NCBI GenBank assembly: GCA_013265495.1
Contig: MU058540.1
Span: forward strand, 1,947,696-2,011,695
DNA length: 64,000 nt
DNA from: Vicugna vicugna
Lineage: Eukaryota
Direction: 5' to 3'
Shown here: positions 49,691-63,710 of the stretch, piece by piece
How positions within the stretch are numbered: position 1 is the stretch's first letter
Layout of the letters: every line of letters starts with the position of its first letter
Made by a program: the position numbers and the translations under genes
Notes under the pieces: generated by a model
Seen by the model: only the letters and a program-made list of their open reading frames with translations
The model's database searches: none
What the model was told of the DNA's origin: nothing

Positions 49691-52600
49691 TGAGAAGAGA
49701 ATTTTAAAACTGAGACTTGAAGGATTTCTAAGACTAGGAAAGAGAATGGTCCAGGTACAAGGCACAGCTTAGGCAAAATGTTTCCAGGCAGCAAAGAACT
49801 TGGCATCATGGAGCAGTATGCCCCCTCAAACAGGACAAGAGTGGTCCCGCCTAAGAACGGTGCTTTAGAGGGTTCCAGGGAATCTCAAACTTCAAATAAA
49901 TCCACACCAAGAACCACAGGGACAGACTGTAAATGTAAACATATGAGTTCTAACACTGCTTAGGGCCCCAGGAATACTTCTTCGCATCTCTTGCCCACTG
50001 TTCTGAAAACCAAAGTTCCCTGCACTGGACTGTGGGAGAAGTGTGGGCTGATCCTGGGCCCAGTACTTGGGAGTTGGGGTTGGATCTGTGCAGCAGAAGC
50101 CTTTAAGTGAAAGAAAAAATAAGTTCATTTCTCAGATCTCTCCTCTAGGGTTGCATGGATGTGACAGATGCTTGCATAACAAAGTGTCCATTTACTTGCT
50201 TCTTTTCCTGTTCTGAAGGTTCTCATGAATCAGCACTGTATTCATAACAGTTGCACATGGCAGCTGAGGAACACTTTACAGTATTAAGCCATTCCCATGA
50301 CTTAGATTTGTACATATGTAAGTCTTTGTGAAATGTAGTAGTGCTTCTTTATGTTGGGAAATAGCAGGACATTGGATGCTATTTTGGGAACAGTTCAGTT
50401 TTTCTAAAAGTATTTAATAAGATGGAGTTAAAGTTTCTAAAACCATTTAAAATTTGATTTTTTTGGCTGTTTATTAAGTATAAACTCTATGTCTTTAAAT
50501 TTTAGTACATAATTTTGACTATGTTAGAAGAAAAGTCACTTTTGAAAACATACATGAAAAATAATTTTAACTAAAAAGGTTAACATTTACTTAGTTACTT
50601 TGGAGGAGAATGTATTCAAATTTTGTACACTTTGAATGCAATTACATGTTTTTTAATCCCTTGAGAGTTATTCCAGATCCAGATCTTAATAGGAACAGAA
50701 AGTAGCAAAGTGGAACTCAGAAAAGAGTAAAAGGAAATGTAAGCATTTGGTAGGGGCTAGAGTGGTGAGCATGTGTGGGGAAAGCAGATGCAGTGTAAAT
50801 GTTCAGATTTGGGTTGGAGATGGGTGGGGTGAGGGTTGGGCATCCAGATATTGGTGCAAATGAGGGTGAGCTTAGGGTAAAATTCAGATAAAAAAGACTG
50901 ATAACTTCTTGTACCTTCTGATCTGACACCAGGCCTCTCTAAAAAGAAAAACAAGCCCGAGGCTTTATAATTACACCTTGTTTTGGTCTAAAAATGACAT
51001 TTCTTTGCTTTATCACTGGCATTAGTCACCAGACTCAATTCCACAGAAATTTAGCTGCTTTCTAAAATTAAGTCTACTTTCAGAAGACAAAGATTTGCTA
51101 CCACCAATGACTATCATGCTGGTAAATAATGACTCCTACCATGTGTTTGGCATTGTGCCAAGGGCTTTCAATTCATTCTTACAACACATGGCACAGCCTG
51201 CAGCTCAGAGAAGTTAAGTGACTTGTCTAAGGCCACACAGCTGGTGCTTGGTGGAGTACCATCGACAGCACATACTCAGTGCCTAGGATTTACTTGTGTC
51301 ATCTCTCGTCCCTAGGGAAACTGTGAGAGGCAAGTGGGCACATTACTTCACCTCTCTATGCCTCCGTTTTCCAGCTGGTAAAGTGGTGATGGTAATTGTA
51401 CCTGACTTTATGGAAGCTGTGAGAATGAAATGGATTGAGACATGTATGGTGCTTAGTGCAGAGCCTGGCGCACAACAAGTGTCCTATCAAGGACAGCTGT
51501 GTGGTGCTTTCCCTTCATTTTACAGATAAGGAAACTGAGGCCCAAATCTCTAAGCACCTTGACCTTGGGCCTCCTTGGCTCAGCCTCTGTGGTGCAAAGG
51601 TGAAAAGTCTGAAACAGTGGGTAAGAGCTGGAGATTCTGCCCAGAAACAGACCGAAGCATCCGGTTTCCCCATGTCCCAGCTGGGTGACCTTGGGCAAGC
51701 TTTCCCCCTTGCTCAGAGCCTCTTGCCTTGAATTTCATTTTCTCAATCTGGCAAAATAAATTTGCATCCTGAAAGGATCCATTCAGGCGGGTTTTTCAGA
51801 AACCTGGGAACCCTGGCTGCCCGAAGGTGTGTCCTGGCTCTTGCAAAATAGAAAACAGATCTGAGTTTTGAAATGGGTGGTTTCTGTCACCTTTATTTTG
51901 TTGGAGTTGTCTGGGGCTTCTTTTGTCCATCAAGGTGGTGTTGGAGTTTGTTGTCCAAGCCCAGACACCTGTAGACGTGGAAAGGTAGATGTTCATAGTC
52001 ACACAGAGCAACAGATGGAAACAGGGCTGCCCTGCGCAGGCTGGCGTGTGAGGACGCCTGATGGGACGGGCCAAGGATATTGGTCCCTGGACTTTGTACC
52101 GTGGAGGTTGTTGGTGCCATAGACAAGGGTGGTCTTGGGAGTGGAGTGGTAGCAGTGAAACCCTACTTGGGGTGGGTTTAAAAGAGAATGTGAGGAGAGG
52201 AACTGAGGAGGCCCGGGGGGAGCAGGAACAGGGTGGTAGCTAGAGAGGAAGTAGATTCAAGCAGCGGGTTTTCTGTTTTATTTTAAGTTAGGAGGAAAAA
52301 CATTTGTAAGTTAAAGGGCCAGGGAAAAGGTGACAGATCAGTGGATGTAATTTCTGCGGAGGTTGGAAGGTGCTGGGAGTTGGAAAGGGAGAGAGAACGA
52401 GCTGGGTCAGAGAAAGGGGGGATGCAGTGGAAATTCTGGGAGGGTCAGATCTAGTGCTGATCAGATCTAGTGGCCGAGGGAAGGCAGGGGGAGGACAAGA
52501 TGGGAAAAGCATGCATGGCAACAAATGGAGAGGCTGGGCATTGGAAGAGTATACCTGGATTAGGACATCACCAAGAATTAGGACAGGAACATGCTGGAGA

Positions 52601-52719
52601 CTCCGTGAGCCAGGAGCCAAAACCTTTGAAGAATAATATAGTCTGATGATATAGGATTCAAAACTGAGGTCCTTCTTAGGGGAAGGCAGGGAGGGAGGGT
52701 TAATGGTCTGGAAGCATCT

Positions 52720-53100
52720 ACTTGTCCTTCAATATGTCTTCTTCTTCCTTAATAATGAAGTCCCTGTTTTGCATCTGAGCATAGGGACACTCAGAAAAAG
52801 ACACTTCCCAGCTCTCCTTGCAGCCATGTAGCCAAATGCCAGCCATTGGGAAGTGTCCTTTACAGAAGAGGTGCATCCTTCTTTATTAGTTCTTCCTTCC
52901 CACTGGCTGGCAAGAGGACCTAATGTCTGGAGCTCTAGCAGCCATCTTAGACCATGAGGTAGCCTTGAACATGTGAGCTGTGACTGTGGAGCAACCAGCT
53001 AGGAGCCTTGATTGGAGGGAGAGAGGAAAAAAAGAAACCAAACCACAGTTGAAGTCACTGTGACATGAAGATTTTCTGTTACTTGTAGTTAAAGCTAATG
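52720..53100 (+). mobile_element. Old MaLR/ERVL-type LTR fragment
   Basis: ..cagccatcttagaccatgagg..ttctgttacttgtag..; family uncertain. Confidence 0.5.
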
Positions 53101-55517
53101 CTAATGGCTACAACGGGAAAGTTATGTTTGGATCCAACTGAAGATGACATTTAATGCTAGAGGGGATTGGTGGGTGCTAAGAAGCCTTTGAAAGTTGTTG
53201 ACCAGAATGTGAGCTAACAAGAACTGTACATTCAGAAAGGCTGTGGAGAGAGAGAGACAGAAGGACAGAGAACTATCTCGGGTACTGTGAACTGGGAGGG
53301 GAGACTCTGCCTTTCTCTTATTCTCTCTTGGTCCCGCAACATGTGAGTCTGGTGTTTCTAGTGTTTAAAGATACAGATTATTGGCGCAAATGGGCCTTAA
53401 ACTACTGTCTCTCCACCTGGCACTCAGGGGAAGAGATTTGGACTCATTCCACCTCTGGTAGAGCACTTGTCCAGTTGTGTGTCCAATGTGGTGCGTGAGT
53501 GTGGCAGGTCCACTACTTGACAGGCAATTTATGAGATTTTTTTCTTTTTTAAAATTAAAAAAAAATTTGAAACAATTTCAAGCTTATTAATAAGTTTCAA
53601 GAATAGTGTCATCAACTCCGGAATACCCTTGGTCAAAGACCCCCATTCAAGTTTTACTTATTGTCCCAATAATAATGGCTTTTATAGGTCCCGGAGGACA
53701 TTTCACATTGGGTATTGTCTCTTTAGTCTTCTTCAGTCCATGAGGGATTGTTATAGGCAATTTTGCTACGTACTATTGTCACTTGTGGACAATTAATGCG
53801 ATTTGAGAGGTGCCTTCAGGACCCAGCCTCCCCGGAAGAAGCCACTTCCTGGACATTGGCTCAGCTGAATCCCTGGGGGTGAGCTGGGACTATGAACCCA
53901 ACCTAAAGCCAGGTAGGACTCTGCTGACGGCAGGTGACAGAAGTCCAATACAAACTAGCACAAGTTCAAAAGGGAACTGATTGGCCCCTTAAATACACCA
54001 GCCAGACGCATTCTGACCCCAGGCATGGCTATAACCACAGGCTCAAAATGCGTCCTTAAATCTCTCTCTCTCACATCCTCTCTGCTTTACTCTGCGATAG
54101 TGGGAAAGGTGACCTCCGACGGCTCCCTGACCACTTCATTTTCCCTGAGTGGGGGCCTGACTGGCACCTCTCGGCTCACTTGCTTACCCTGGGATCAGTC
54201 AGTTTAAATCCAAGGGGATGGGGTACTCTGATTGGCCAGTTTGAGTCATGTGCCCGCCTCTGGGCGGGGCTATGATTGATAGCCCCGCCTTATGAGAGAA
54301 CAGTAGTTCTAAAAAGGGAAAGAGGGCGTCTGCTATTTCTGATCAATTGGTGCGTAGTCCACATGGGGAGCGATTGTCAGGCTTAGGAATGATAACAATA
54401 ATAGCAGCGTAAGTTGTAACATTTATTGAGAGCTTGCTGGGCACTGTTCTAAGTAGTTTTTCTGTATTAACTCATTTAATACAACCATTTTATGCAATTG
54501 ATACTTCATTCCTACGTGTTTTACATATGAGACAACTTCACAGAGAGGTGCAGTCTCTTGCTCAAGGCCACACAGCCAGCCAGTACACAGCGAACTGGGG
54601 GTCCCCCATCTGTAGGCCTCGCTACAGAATGGATGCTGGCCACCCGGGAGCACACCCTCCACCATCCTCTGTGCAGTAGAACCAGGTCGTCTGCTCCAGG
54701 CTAGGGACTGTCCCATGGCGCTCTTGCCCTCCAATGCTCCTGTGAACTCAATTCAGATCACTTATGGGAAATTTGCCATTGCCCCCAGAGCAGAGAGCAC
54801 AGCCCCAAGGAACAGAAAACAGAATGGATGAGTTTACAGCAATGGTTCTCCCCAGATGCCCACTAGAATACTTAGGGGAGCTTCACAAACCCCAGTGCTC
54901 AAGTCACATCCCAGACAAATTAACCAGAATCTCTGGGGTGGAGCCCAGGCATTAGTCATTAAGGCTTCCCAGGTGAATTCAGTGTCCAGCCAGGATGGGG
55001 AACCACTAGTTTAGAGGGCTTGTAGCTTAGTGGAAATAACCATGGTTTAAGATCCGCCTGAATTTGAGTCATTGCAAGCTGTGTGGCTTGTGCCAGTCAC
55101 TTAACTTCTCTGAACCTCAGTTTCCTCATCTGTGGAAAAGGCATAGGTCCTTTTACCTTATGTGAGGGCCGAATGAGATGATATCTGTAAGGCGCTAGCA
55201 CAGAGCTGGCACTCAACTCCATCCTTACAATTAAGGAGGAGGGCAAGACAGAGCAAGCCCTGGTCTCATGCAGGGTCAGGCAGGTGCAGACCATCCAGGG
55301 AGGGAGAGCTGTGCCAATGACTCACCATCCCTGGGATGAGGTTGTGGAATGGAATCTTGGGGCTGCTGGGACCCTCAGAACCCAGGCCCTCCCGCCTTGG
55401 TCTGCTGCTCTCACCGAGTGGCTTGAGGCTTCTGAATGGGGGTGAGCTCGGGATAGAATGGACGGGGTGGGAATTGCGGCAGAGTGAGGTGGTGAAAGTG
55501 GATAATGGCTGTGTGAG

Positions 55518-55548
55518 TGCAGTAACTTAGCCTCACCACCAGGTGGCA
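55518..55548 (+). promoter_or_regulatory. CTCF site with upstream motif
   Basis: Core CCACCAGGTGGCA 55536-55548 preceded by TGCAGTAAC 55518-55526. Confidence 0.7.
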
Positions 55549-56124
55549 ACATGACCCCACCCACTGCGATAGCGCGAGCCAGGCTGAAGGAGAGGACGAG
55601 TGGGAACAAAGATAGAGGATTTTTTTTGAGTATTAGATAAAATGCTGAAGCCTTGTTTTCTTTCATTTCCACTTACTTCATGCAACAGTCGGCGCCATTA
55701 CCCTCCTTTAGAGGGTGAGACAGGTGGAGCTGGTAATTGGCAACCAGGAATTTAACCGAGTCAGTTGGACTCCGAATTTATCTCTTAACCACTGAAGTCA
55801 CAGAAGGTCAGAACTGCAAGGGCCTTTGAAAATCCTTGAAAATCCTGCGATAACTAAACCTGTTTGATGATAAAAGTCACCTGAGGCTCCTTAAAAAAAA
55901 AAAAATCAAATTCCTGGGTCCTAGGCTAGGCGCGAATTAGAATCTCCCAGGAAAGGGGACCTGGGAATGTGTGGTTAACAAAAGTCCGTGCTCAGAGAGG
56001 AAAAGTGATGTGCCCAAGGTCCCACAGCCCATCCCCCATCCCTTCCAACCTCCGAATACCTTCTAATCCAGAAGCCAGCACATACCCCTGGAAAGATGAG
56101 ACAATATAGTACATCATCCAGCAG

Positions 56125-56660
56125 CTCCAGTCCTGGGTGTGTGCCCCAAAGGACTGAAAGCAGGGTCTTAAAGAGATATTTGAACACCCATGTTCATAGT
56201 AGCATTATTCACAATAGCTAAAAGGTGGACGCCACCCCCAAGGATGAATGGATAAGCAAATGTGATATATACAGATGGTGAGATATTATTCAGTTTTAAA
56301 AAGGAAGGGAATTTTGACACATGCTATGACATGGATGAACTTTGAGGATAGTATGCTAAGTGAAATAAGCCCATCACAAGAAGACAAATACTGTGTGATT
56401 CCACTTATATGAGGGACCTAGAGTGGTCAAAATCATAGAGACAGAAGGTAGAATGGTGGTTGCCAGGGGCTGAAGGCAGAAGGGAACAGGGAGTTGTTTC
56501 TTGGGTATGGAGTTTTAGTTTTGCTGAATGAAGAGAGTTCTGAAATGGATGGTGGTCATGGTTGCACAATAATATGAATGTACTTAATACATTGAACTGT
56601 ACATTTTAAAATGGTTAAGAAGGTTAATTTTATATATATTTCACCACAATTAAAAAATGG
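56125..56660 (+). mobile_element. L1M-type 3' end fragment
   Basis: ..catgttcatagtagcattattcacaatagc..atactgtgtgattccacttatatgagg.. Confidence 0.85.
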
Positions 56661-59599
56661 GTCAACAAAAAAAAATTTTATGAAAAAAAAGGATAAGACA
56701 ATCCATGCCCAGTCATGGAGGGTGACGGTGGTGAGGATGAGAAGGTAAGTGCGATTTTCTCCATCTTTTGAGTGATTTTGTGAATAAAAATTATATGGAA
56801 TTTGATGAGTGTTGCCAAATCACCTTTCTCCTCAAAAAACATTGTGCTCATAATGTATGGATATGCTTTTTCCCCAATAACTTCACCAACTTTGGGTTTT
56901 ATTTTTACTTTTTTTTTCTATTTAATGAGTGAGAGATGGTACGTTAGTTATTATTTAAATTTGCATTCAAACTTATGAGATCTCAAGTGAAAGTTCCAGA
57001 ATTTACCAGTGCTGTTGACAGCCTCAGAATGATTTTCCTCAAGATATTGTCTGCTTATTTCTCATACTAAATAAAACAAATCCATGTTTATTGTTAAATC
57101 AATAAAACTTCCAGGTCTGTTACTGAGAGGAGAAAGTGGCTCCTGCTTAAGCTTCTGCCTTGATTATTCCTGATTGTTCAGCATGAATTCCAGGTTCTGA
57201 AATGGAGGCTGGAAAGGCAGAGGGATGGAGTTGGGGACCACTTTTGTAAAATTCCTGTTCATTTTGCTGTACCGCCTGCTGGCCCTCCCAGTGGCTGTTA
57301 CTGTGTAACTCTTAGGTCACTCTCCTTGTGATAGGACCGAAATGGTCAGTGCAAGGCTGGACACAGATGTGTCCCCTTCCTGCCCCGTCTCCCACCCGGG
57401 CCACCGAAAAGAGTCCTGTAATACCAGTCCAATTTCTCCTCCATTTCTCTTCCCTTCCTAAAGAAGACTGATTCTTCCAAGTGGAAAGTGGCTGAGTTGA
57501 GCTGGGTACAGAGGAGGAGCATTTTTTGGTGGATTTTGTTTGTTTGTTTTTAGGGTTTTTTTTTTTTTTTTAGTGGACAATGGAGATTGAAATGAGTGGC
57601 AACAGGTAGCTCCAGGGCAAGAGGAAAGAGGAGAGGAGAGGAAAGGAGATTTTAATTAGTGTGGCTGTGAACTATGTATGTGAATCCCTTTAAACCCCTT
57701 GAGAGGTGTGACTAAAGAATGGAATTGCTTGTTAATTACTTTAGGCTCTTGGGTTGTATTTCTGATGTTAGATACCATTCTGAGACTGAATCACTGCACC
57801 AACCTGTTTTATTAGGGTTCTGCCCTTACTAATGAAGACTTGGGCACTGGGCTCTGGAGCCTCCAACACCCTGGTGTCTTGGCTCCATGACAGCCCTGCC
57901 ACCCACCACCAAGGCCACCACCTGGACCCTGTCACCACCTGAAACTACTCCACCTCTGAGATTACAATTCAGACACCCCACTCACTCTCTAGTGACGATC
58001 TCCTTCTCCAACCCCTTGCCCACTTTCCTCCACCACCACACCTCCCCTCTGACTCCACGGGGGCTTCCAGCCTGTTGATCTCTATTCTTCTGCCCAAGCA
58101 TCTCTTTTCCCTTTTCTCTTGGTAATGACACTTTTTCCTTGGAGGAAAATTCATTTTTTCCTTCCATATGGACAATATATTTCAGGTGAGGCTGACTCTG
58201 CCTTCACATCTGGGCAATCACATTTCAGACCCTTGACCACAGCAATTGATCAGGGGTGGGCATGTGACCCTGGTCAGTCCCAGGAGAGCCAACCCACCAC
58301 TATTGCTGAGACTCCAGAGAAGGGGACAGTTTCTTTCTGCTCATGTGACTCCCCTGGCAGGACATAGCTGGACTCACTGAGAGCTGTCCAGGGGTCGAGA
58401 GTCTGCAGGATAATGAGAAAATCTGAGCAAAGAAGGGAGGTTCCTAATAATCTTGTTGGAGTATCTGGAACCAGCTGTTCCTGAAACCACCCCAGGTTTT
58501 TCAGATGTGTGAATTGATATCTGAGATCCGTGAGTCAGGGTTGGAGTCTATCCCGTGAAACAGACATGTCTGTTACATTGCTGGTCCATCCAGGCTCTGG
58601 ATGAGGGGTCCCGAAATGTAGTTGCTCATAAGAATCACATGGGAAGATTTTTTTCCCCTTAAAACCTTTATGTGAAGGAAACATAGAAACAAAAAAATGC
58701 ATGGAACATAAACGTACAAGTTAATATATTATTACAAAGTCAACTCCCATGTAACCCCATCAAGGTCAAGAAATAGAACATCATTAGACTCCAAACGCCT
58801 CAGCTCCTCCTCCCCTTCACGGAACCACCGCCCTGACTTCTGTGCAGTCATGCCCTTGCTTCCCTCCAACATTTTCAGCCTGAGGATGCTTTCCTAAACA
58901 CTACGGTATAGTTTTGCTTGTTTTAGAATGTTGTATACATAGAATTATTTATTAATCTTAATGAAGCCAAATTTGTCAGACTTTTCATCTAAGGTTGATG
59001 CTTTTGTGTCATGAAAAGTTATCTGTCACCACCCTGAGGCTTTCGTTCTCGAACTTTTCTTTCACTGTCTATCAGCTTTTATAACCTTTATTGTTCTGCC
59101 TTCCAAATGCTGACAGTCTACCTGGGATTTATCTGTAGTGTGAAGTAAGGGCCAAGTTTTATTTTTTCCCCATATGAACACTCCATCTGTTTGTTGAAAA
59201 GGCTCATCTTTCCCTGTGCTCTTTGGTGCCTATAAATCCCAGCCCAAGTATCCATCTCGATGTCAGTTTCTAGTCCTTTCTTCAGTCTGTCTCTTCTTGC
59301 ACAAATACCGTCTTCTCCTAATCACTGTACTTTTACAGAAAGTCTTGATATTCGGTAAAGCAATATTCCTCTTTTTTTAGGAAGCTATTCTTGTCCCTTT
59401 CGTTTTCACACACACTTTAGAATGAACTTGTCACATTCTGCCAAAAAAACAAAAACTGAAAAAACCTGTAAGGATTTTGATTTGATTGCATTGAATCTAT
59501 AGATCAATACATTCTTCAACATTAAGTCTTTTTGTCCTTTTTTTTTAAGGGGGCACATGTTAAGAAGAGAAGATATAGGATGGGGGAACCTAATGTAAT

Positions 59600-59890
59600 T
59601 TTTTTCCAGCTTTATTGAGATATAGTTGACATATAACACTGTGTACGTTTAAAGTATACAATGTGATGCTTTAATATATTTATAAATCGCAAAATGATTA
59701 CCACCATAACAATAGCTAACAACTCCATCCTGTCACATAATTACCATTTCTTTTCCGTGCTGAGGACATTTAAGATCTACTCTCTTAGCAACTTTCAAGT
59801 ACATAATACAGTATTATTACCTATAATCACCATGCTGTACATTACATCCCTGGAACTTGTTAATCTTCTAACTGGAAGTTTGTACCCTGG
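59600..59890 (-). mobile_element. L1M-type 3' end fragment
   Basis: agctttattgagatatagttgacatataac..taagatctactctcttagcaactttcaag. Confidence 0.8.
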
Positions 59891-60639
59891 AAGTTTGTCT
59901 TCCAATCCTTGAACATGGTATATGTGTGTGTGTGTGTATTTGTGTGTGTGTGTGTGTGTACTCACGTGTATACTCACACGCATACATTTATTCGGTTTAT
60001 TAAAATTTTTTCCTTGTAATGCTTTTTGCATATCTCTTGTTAAGTTTATTCCTACATAATTGCTATATTTTTTAATGCTATTCAAGGGGCTTATTACAGT
60101 CCAGATTCTTTGGCTCAACCTCTGACTGATTAGTTCTGGGTGGGCCCAGTGATTTTGATGTGCGGTCAGTCTGGAGAAGATGGGCGTCTCTGGGGCTCCC
60201 CTTATCATCTCTTTTCAAGCCTATTCAGCCCCTCCCCCTCCCAACTGGCCGAGACCCATAGCCTGTGAACACGCTTTCTCAGAGTAAACCCCCTAATCCC
60301 CTCCAGGTCCTGCCATCACGTTTTTATCCCACTCACAGCCACACTTTCAGAAGGGGTTGTCTATACCTGTGATTTCAATTTTTTATGCTTGCGTACTTCT
60401 TTAAATAAATCTGAGAAACCATGTAGCAATCCCTCCTCCTTGAGCAGAGTTGCTTCAGTAGCCTGCCGGCATCAGAAGCCGCCTTGCAGAGAGTGGGGGA
60501 GTGTAAGGGGGCCAAGAGAAGAGCTCCTCCTGGTAGACCAGAAGGACGCAGGGGTGGGTAAAGATGGTTTGAATTAGGTGTAATTTAAAAATTGGGGGGG
60601 GGTGCTACACGGTTTGTTTGTTCTAATCTATTTTTATAT

Positions 60640-60980
60640 ATCGTGGTTAACCTTTGCAAATCTCAAACACCCAAATTTATCCCTTCCCACCCCCTTTTCC
60701 TCGGTAAGATTGTTTACTGTGTCTGCGAGTCCGTTTCTGTTTTGTGGATGAGTTCTCTTTTTTCTTTTTCTTTTTTTTTAGATTTCACATATGAGTGATA
60801 TTATATGGTATTTTTCTTTTTCTTTTTGGCTTACTTCACTTAGAATGATGATTTTCAGGTCGATCCATGTTGCTGCAAATGGCATTATTTTATTATTTTT
60901 TATGGCTGAGTAGTATTCCATTGTATAAATATACTACAACTTCTTTATCCGGTCATCTGTTGATGGACATTTAGGTTGCT
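60640..60980 (-). mobile_element. L1 3' fragment
   Basis: ..atggctgagtagtattccattgta..tgatggacatttaggttg. Confidence 0.8.
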
Positions 60981-61228
60981 AAGGTGCATTCCCTTTGTTT
61001 TTCAGTTTTGTCTTGTTTTGTTTTCACTGCTTGGACTAATGCTACCATAAATATTCTTGTACCTTTCCATCCTTCTGGGCTCTTGCTTTTATTTTTAAGT
61101 GGCTTGATTCCCAGGTATGAATTGCTGGGTTAAAGGTTGTGTATATTTCAATGTTAATAGATCTTTCCAGATTATTTTCCAAAAAGGCTGAAATGAAACA
61201 CATTTCCATCAGCAATAAATGCGACTAG

Positions 61229-61340
61229 ATGCTTAGCATGCATAAGGTCATGGGTTCAATCCCCAGTGCCTCTATTAAAATAATAAATAAACATAATGAC
61301 CTCCCCCCTCAAGAAACCAATCAAAAACACAACAAAAAAA
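61229..61340 (+). mobile_element. 5'-truncated tRNA-derived SINE (Vic-1-like)
   Basis: atgcttagcatgcataagg..ggttcaatccccag..acctcccccctc. Confidence 0.75.
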
Positions 61341-62261
61341 GTTTTTCATATATATATAAAAGTATTTTATAGTCTGAATATTGTTTACATGTGTGCATTT
61401 AAGCCATCTGAAATTTATTTTTTATTTGGCTATGGTGAGAGGTAGAGTTTCTACCTGATTTTCCTCTTGGTGGGATCCCAATTGAGTCAGCATCACTTAT
61501 TAAATAAAGCCCCATTCTTTCCTCATCAAATTGAAATTCCACAATTGTTACATATTAAATCAGATCTCTGTTGTGATCTGTTCTTGTGTTCTCTTCTGTT
61601 TTGCTTAATTTTTCATCATTTTTTGATCATTCTTGGAAAAGTTTTGGTAGGAGTCAGAGTTCTGGAAAAGCCCTGTGCACTTCTCTGCACCCTGCTTTTC
61701 TCCCTGACAGCCTCTCCAGCCTCTCAGCCCCACTCTTCTGCTCTGCTACAGACAAGGGGACTAATCTCATTACATGCTTTATCCCTGCTTACTTCTCTGG
61801 TCAGCCTCCTCCCTGCATCTAATCCCCATCTGGCCCTGCCTCCCCTTCTCTCATCCTGTCTCCCGCCTCCTAACACCTGAAACCCTTCACTGAGTCCTTC
61901 CGAACTCCGGCAAGGGAGGGGCCCTAGGATTTGTCTTCTGTGGACCATTCCTTCACCTTCTAGCTCTTCTAAAAAACTGGCTCTCCCTGGGGACACTGCT
62001 TTCCCCGCCACTAGCTCAAGTGGTGGCTGTCTTCTCTCCCTCTCTCCTCCTGCCACTGGCCAGGAGGTGGGGTCTGTGATCTACTCGCTCCACTTCCAGA
62101 ATATGATGCTTTCTTCTTCCCCCTAAACTCCCAGCTTTAAATCTCATGCTATTTAATGGAACAATTGTTGCAGACATCTACTGACCTTTGGTTACTCCTG
62201 ATTCTTTGAAGAGTTTAGCACCTAATGCTGTGCCCTTGTCCCTAATACCACTCTGGTTGTA

Positions 62262-63710
62262 ATTTTTTTTTTTGAAACATAACTGACCTACAACACTTTA
62301 TTAGTTCCTGGTGTACAACACAGTGATTCAATATTTCTATGCATTACAAAATGCTCACTACAATAAGTTACCATCTGTCATCATACAAAGATGTTACCTA
62401 GTTATTGACTATATTCCCCACACTATACATTTCATCCCCATGACTCATTCATTTTGAAACTGGAACCTCTTAATTTCCCTCACCTATTTCATTCATCCTC
62501 CTCTCCCCTTTGGCAACCATCTATTTTTATCTCTGTATCTATGATTCTGTTTCTATTTTGTTATGTTTGTTTATTTGTTTTGTTGTTTAGATTCCATATA
62601 TAAGTGAAATCATACAGTATTTGTCTCTGTCTGACTTATTTCACTTGGCATAATACTCTCTAGGTCCATCCATGTTGTCACAAATGACAAGATTTCATTT
62701 TTAATGGCTGAGTAATATTCCATTGTGATATCTATCTATCTATCTATCTATCTATCTCACATCTTTTTTTTTAAAGATTTTTTTCATCCATTCATCTATC
62801 AATGGGCACTTAGGTTGCTTTCATATCTTGACTATTGTAAATAGTGCTCAACAAACAGGGATGCATGTATATTATCAAACAGGTGGCTTTGTTTTCTTTG
62901 GAAAAACACCCAGAAGTGGAATTGATGGATTGTATCGTAGTTCTATTTTAATTTTTATTTAAAAAATTTTTTAAATATTAAAAAATATTTAACCTCCATA
63001 CTGTTTTTCATAGTGGCTACATAAATTTGTATTTCCACCAAGAGTGTAGGAGGGTTCCCTTTTCTCCATATGCTTGCCACTGCTTGTTATGTCTTGTCTT
63101 TTTGCTGATAGTCATTCTGATAGGTGTGAGGTGACATCTCATGGTGGTTTTGTTTATTTATTTATTTATTTATGTATGTTGAGATATAGTCAATTTACAA
63201 TGTTGTAATTTCTGGTATACAGTGTACTGATTCAGTTATATGTATATACCTTTTCATATTCTTTTTCATTATAGGGTATTACAAGTTATTGAATATAGCT
63301 CCTTGTGCTATATAGTAGGACCTTTTTGTTTATCTATTTTATATACAGTAGTTAGTATCTGCAAATCCCAAACTCCCAGTTTGTCCCTCCCCATCCCCTT
63401 TCCCCCCTGGTAACCATAAGTTTATTTTCTATATTTGTGAATCTGTCTCTGTTTTGTCAGTCAGTTCATTTGCGTCCTTTTTTTTAGATTCCACATATAA
63501 GTGATATCATATGGTTTTTTTCTTTCTCTTTCTGGCTTATTTCACTTCGTATGATGATCTCCAGGTCCACCCAGGTCACTGTGGTTTTGATGTACATTCC
63601 CCTAATGATTAGTGATGTTGAGTGTCTTTTCATGTGCCTGTTGGCCACCTATATGTCTTCTTTGGAAAAAAATGTCTATTCAGCTCCTCTGCCCATTTTT
63701 TAATGGGCTG
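62262..63710 (-). mobile_element. L1 fragment with a nested younger L1 3' end (~63153-63580)
   Basis: Two L1 3'-end copies; inner copy bounded by GTGGTTTTG at 63144-63152 and 63581-63589. Confidence 0.8.

Noticed and set aside
49444..49707. ORFs in L1 fragments (also 55975-56187, 63612-63875)
   Set aside because: Antisense translations of truncated L1
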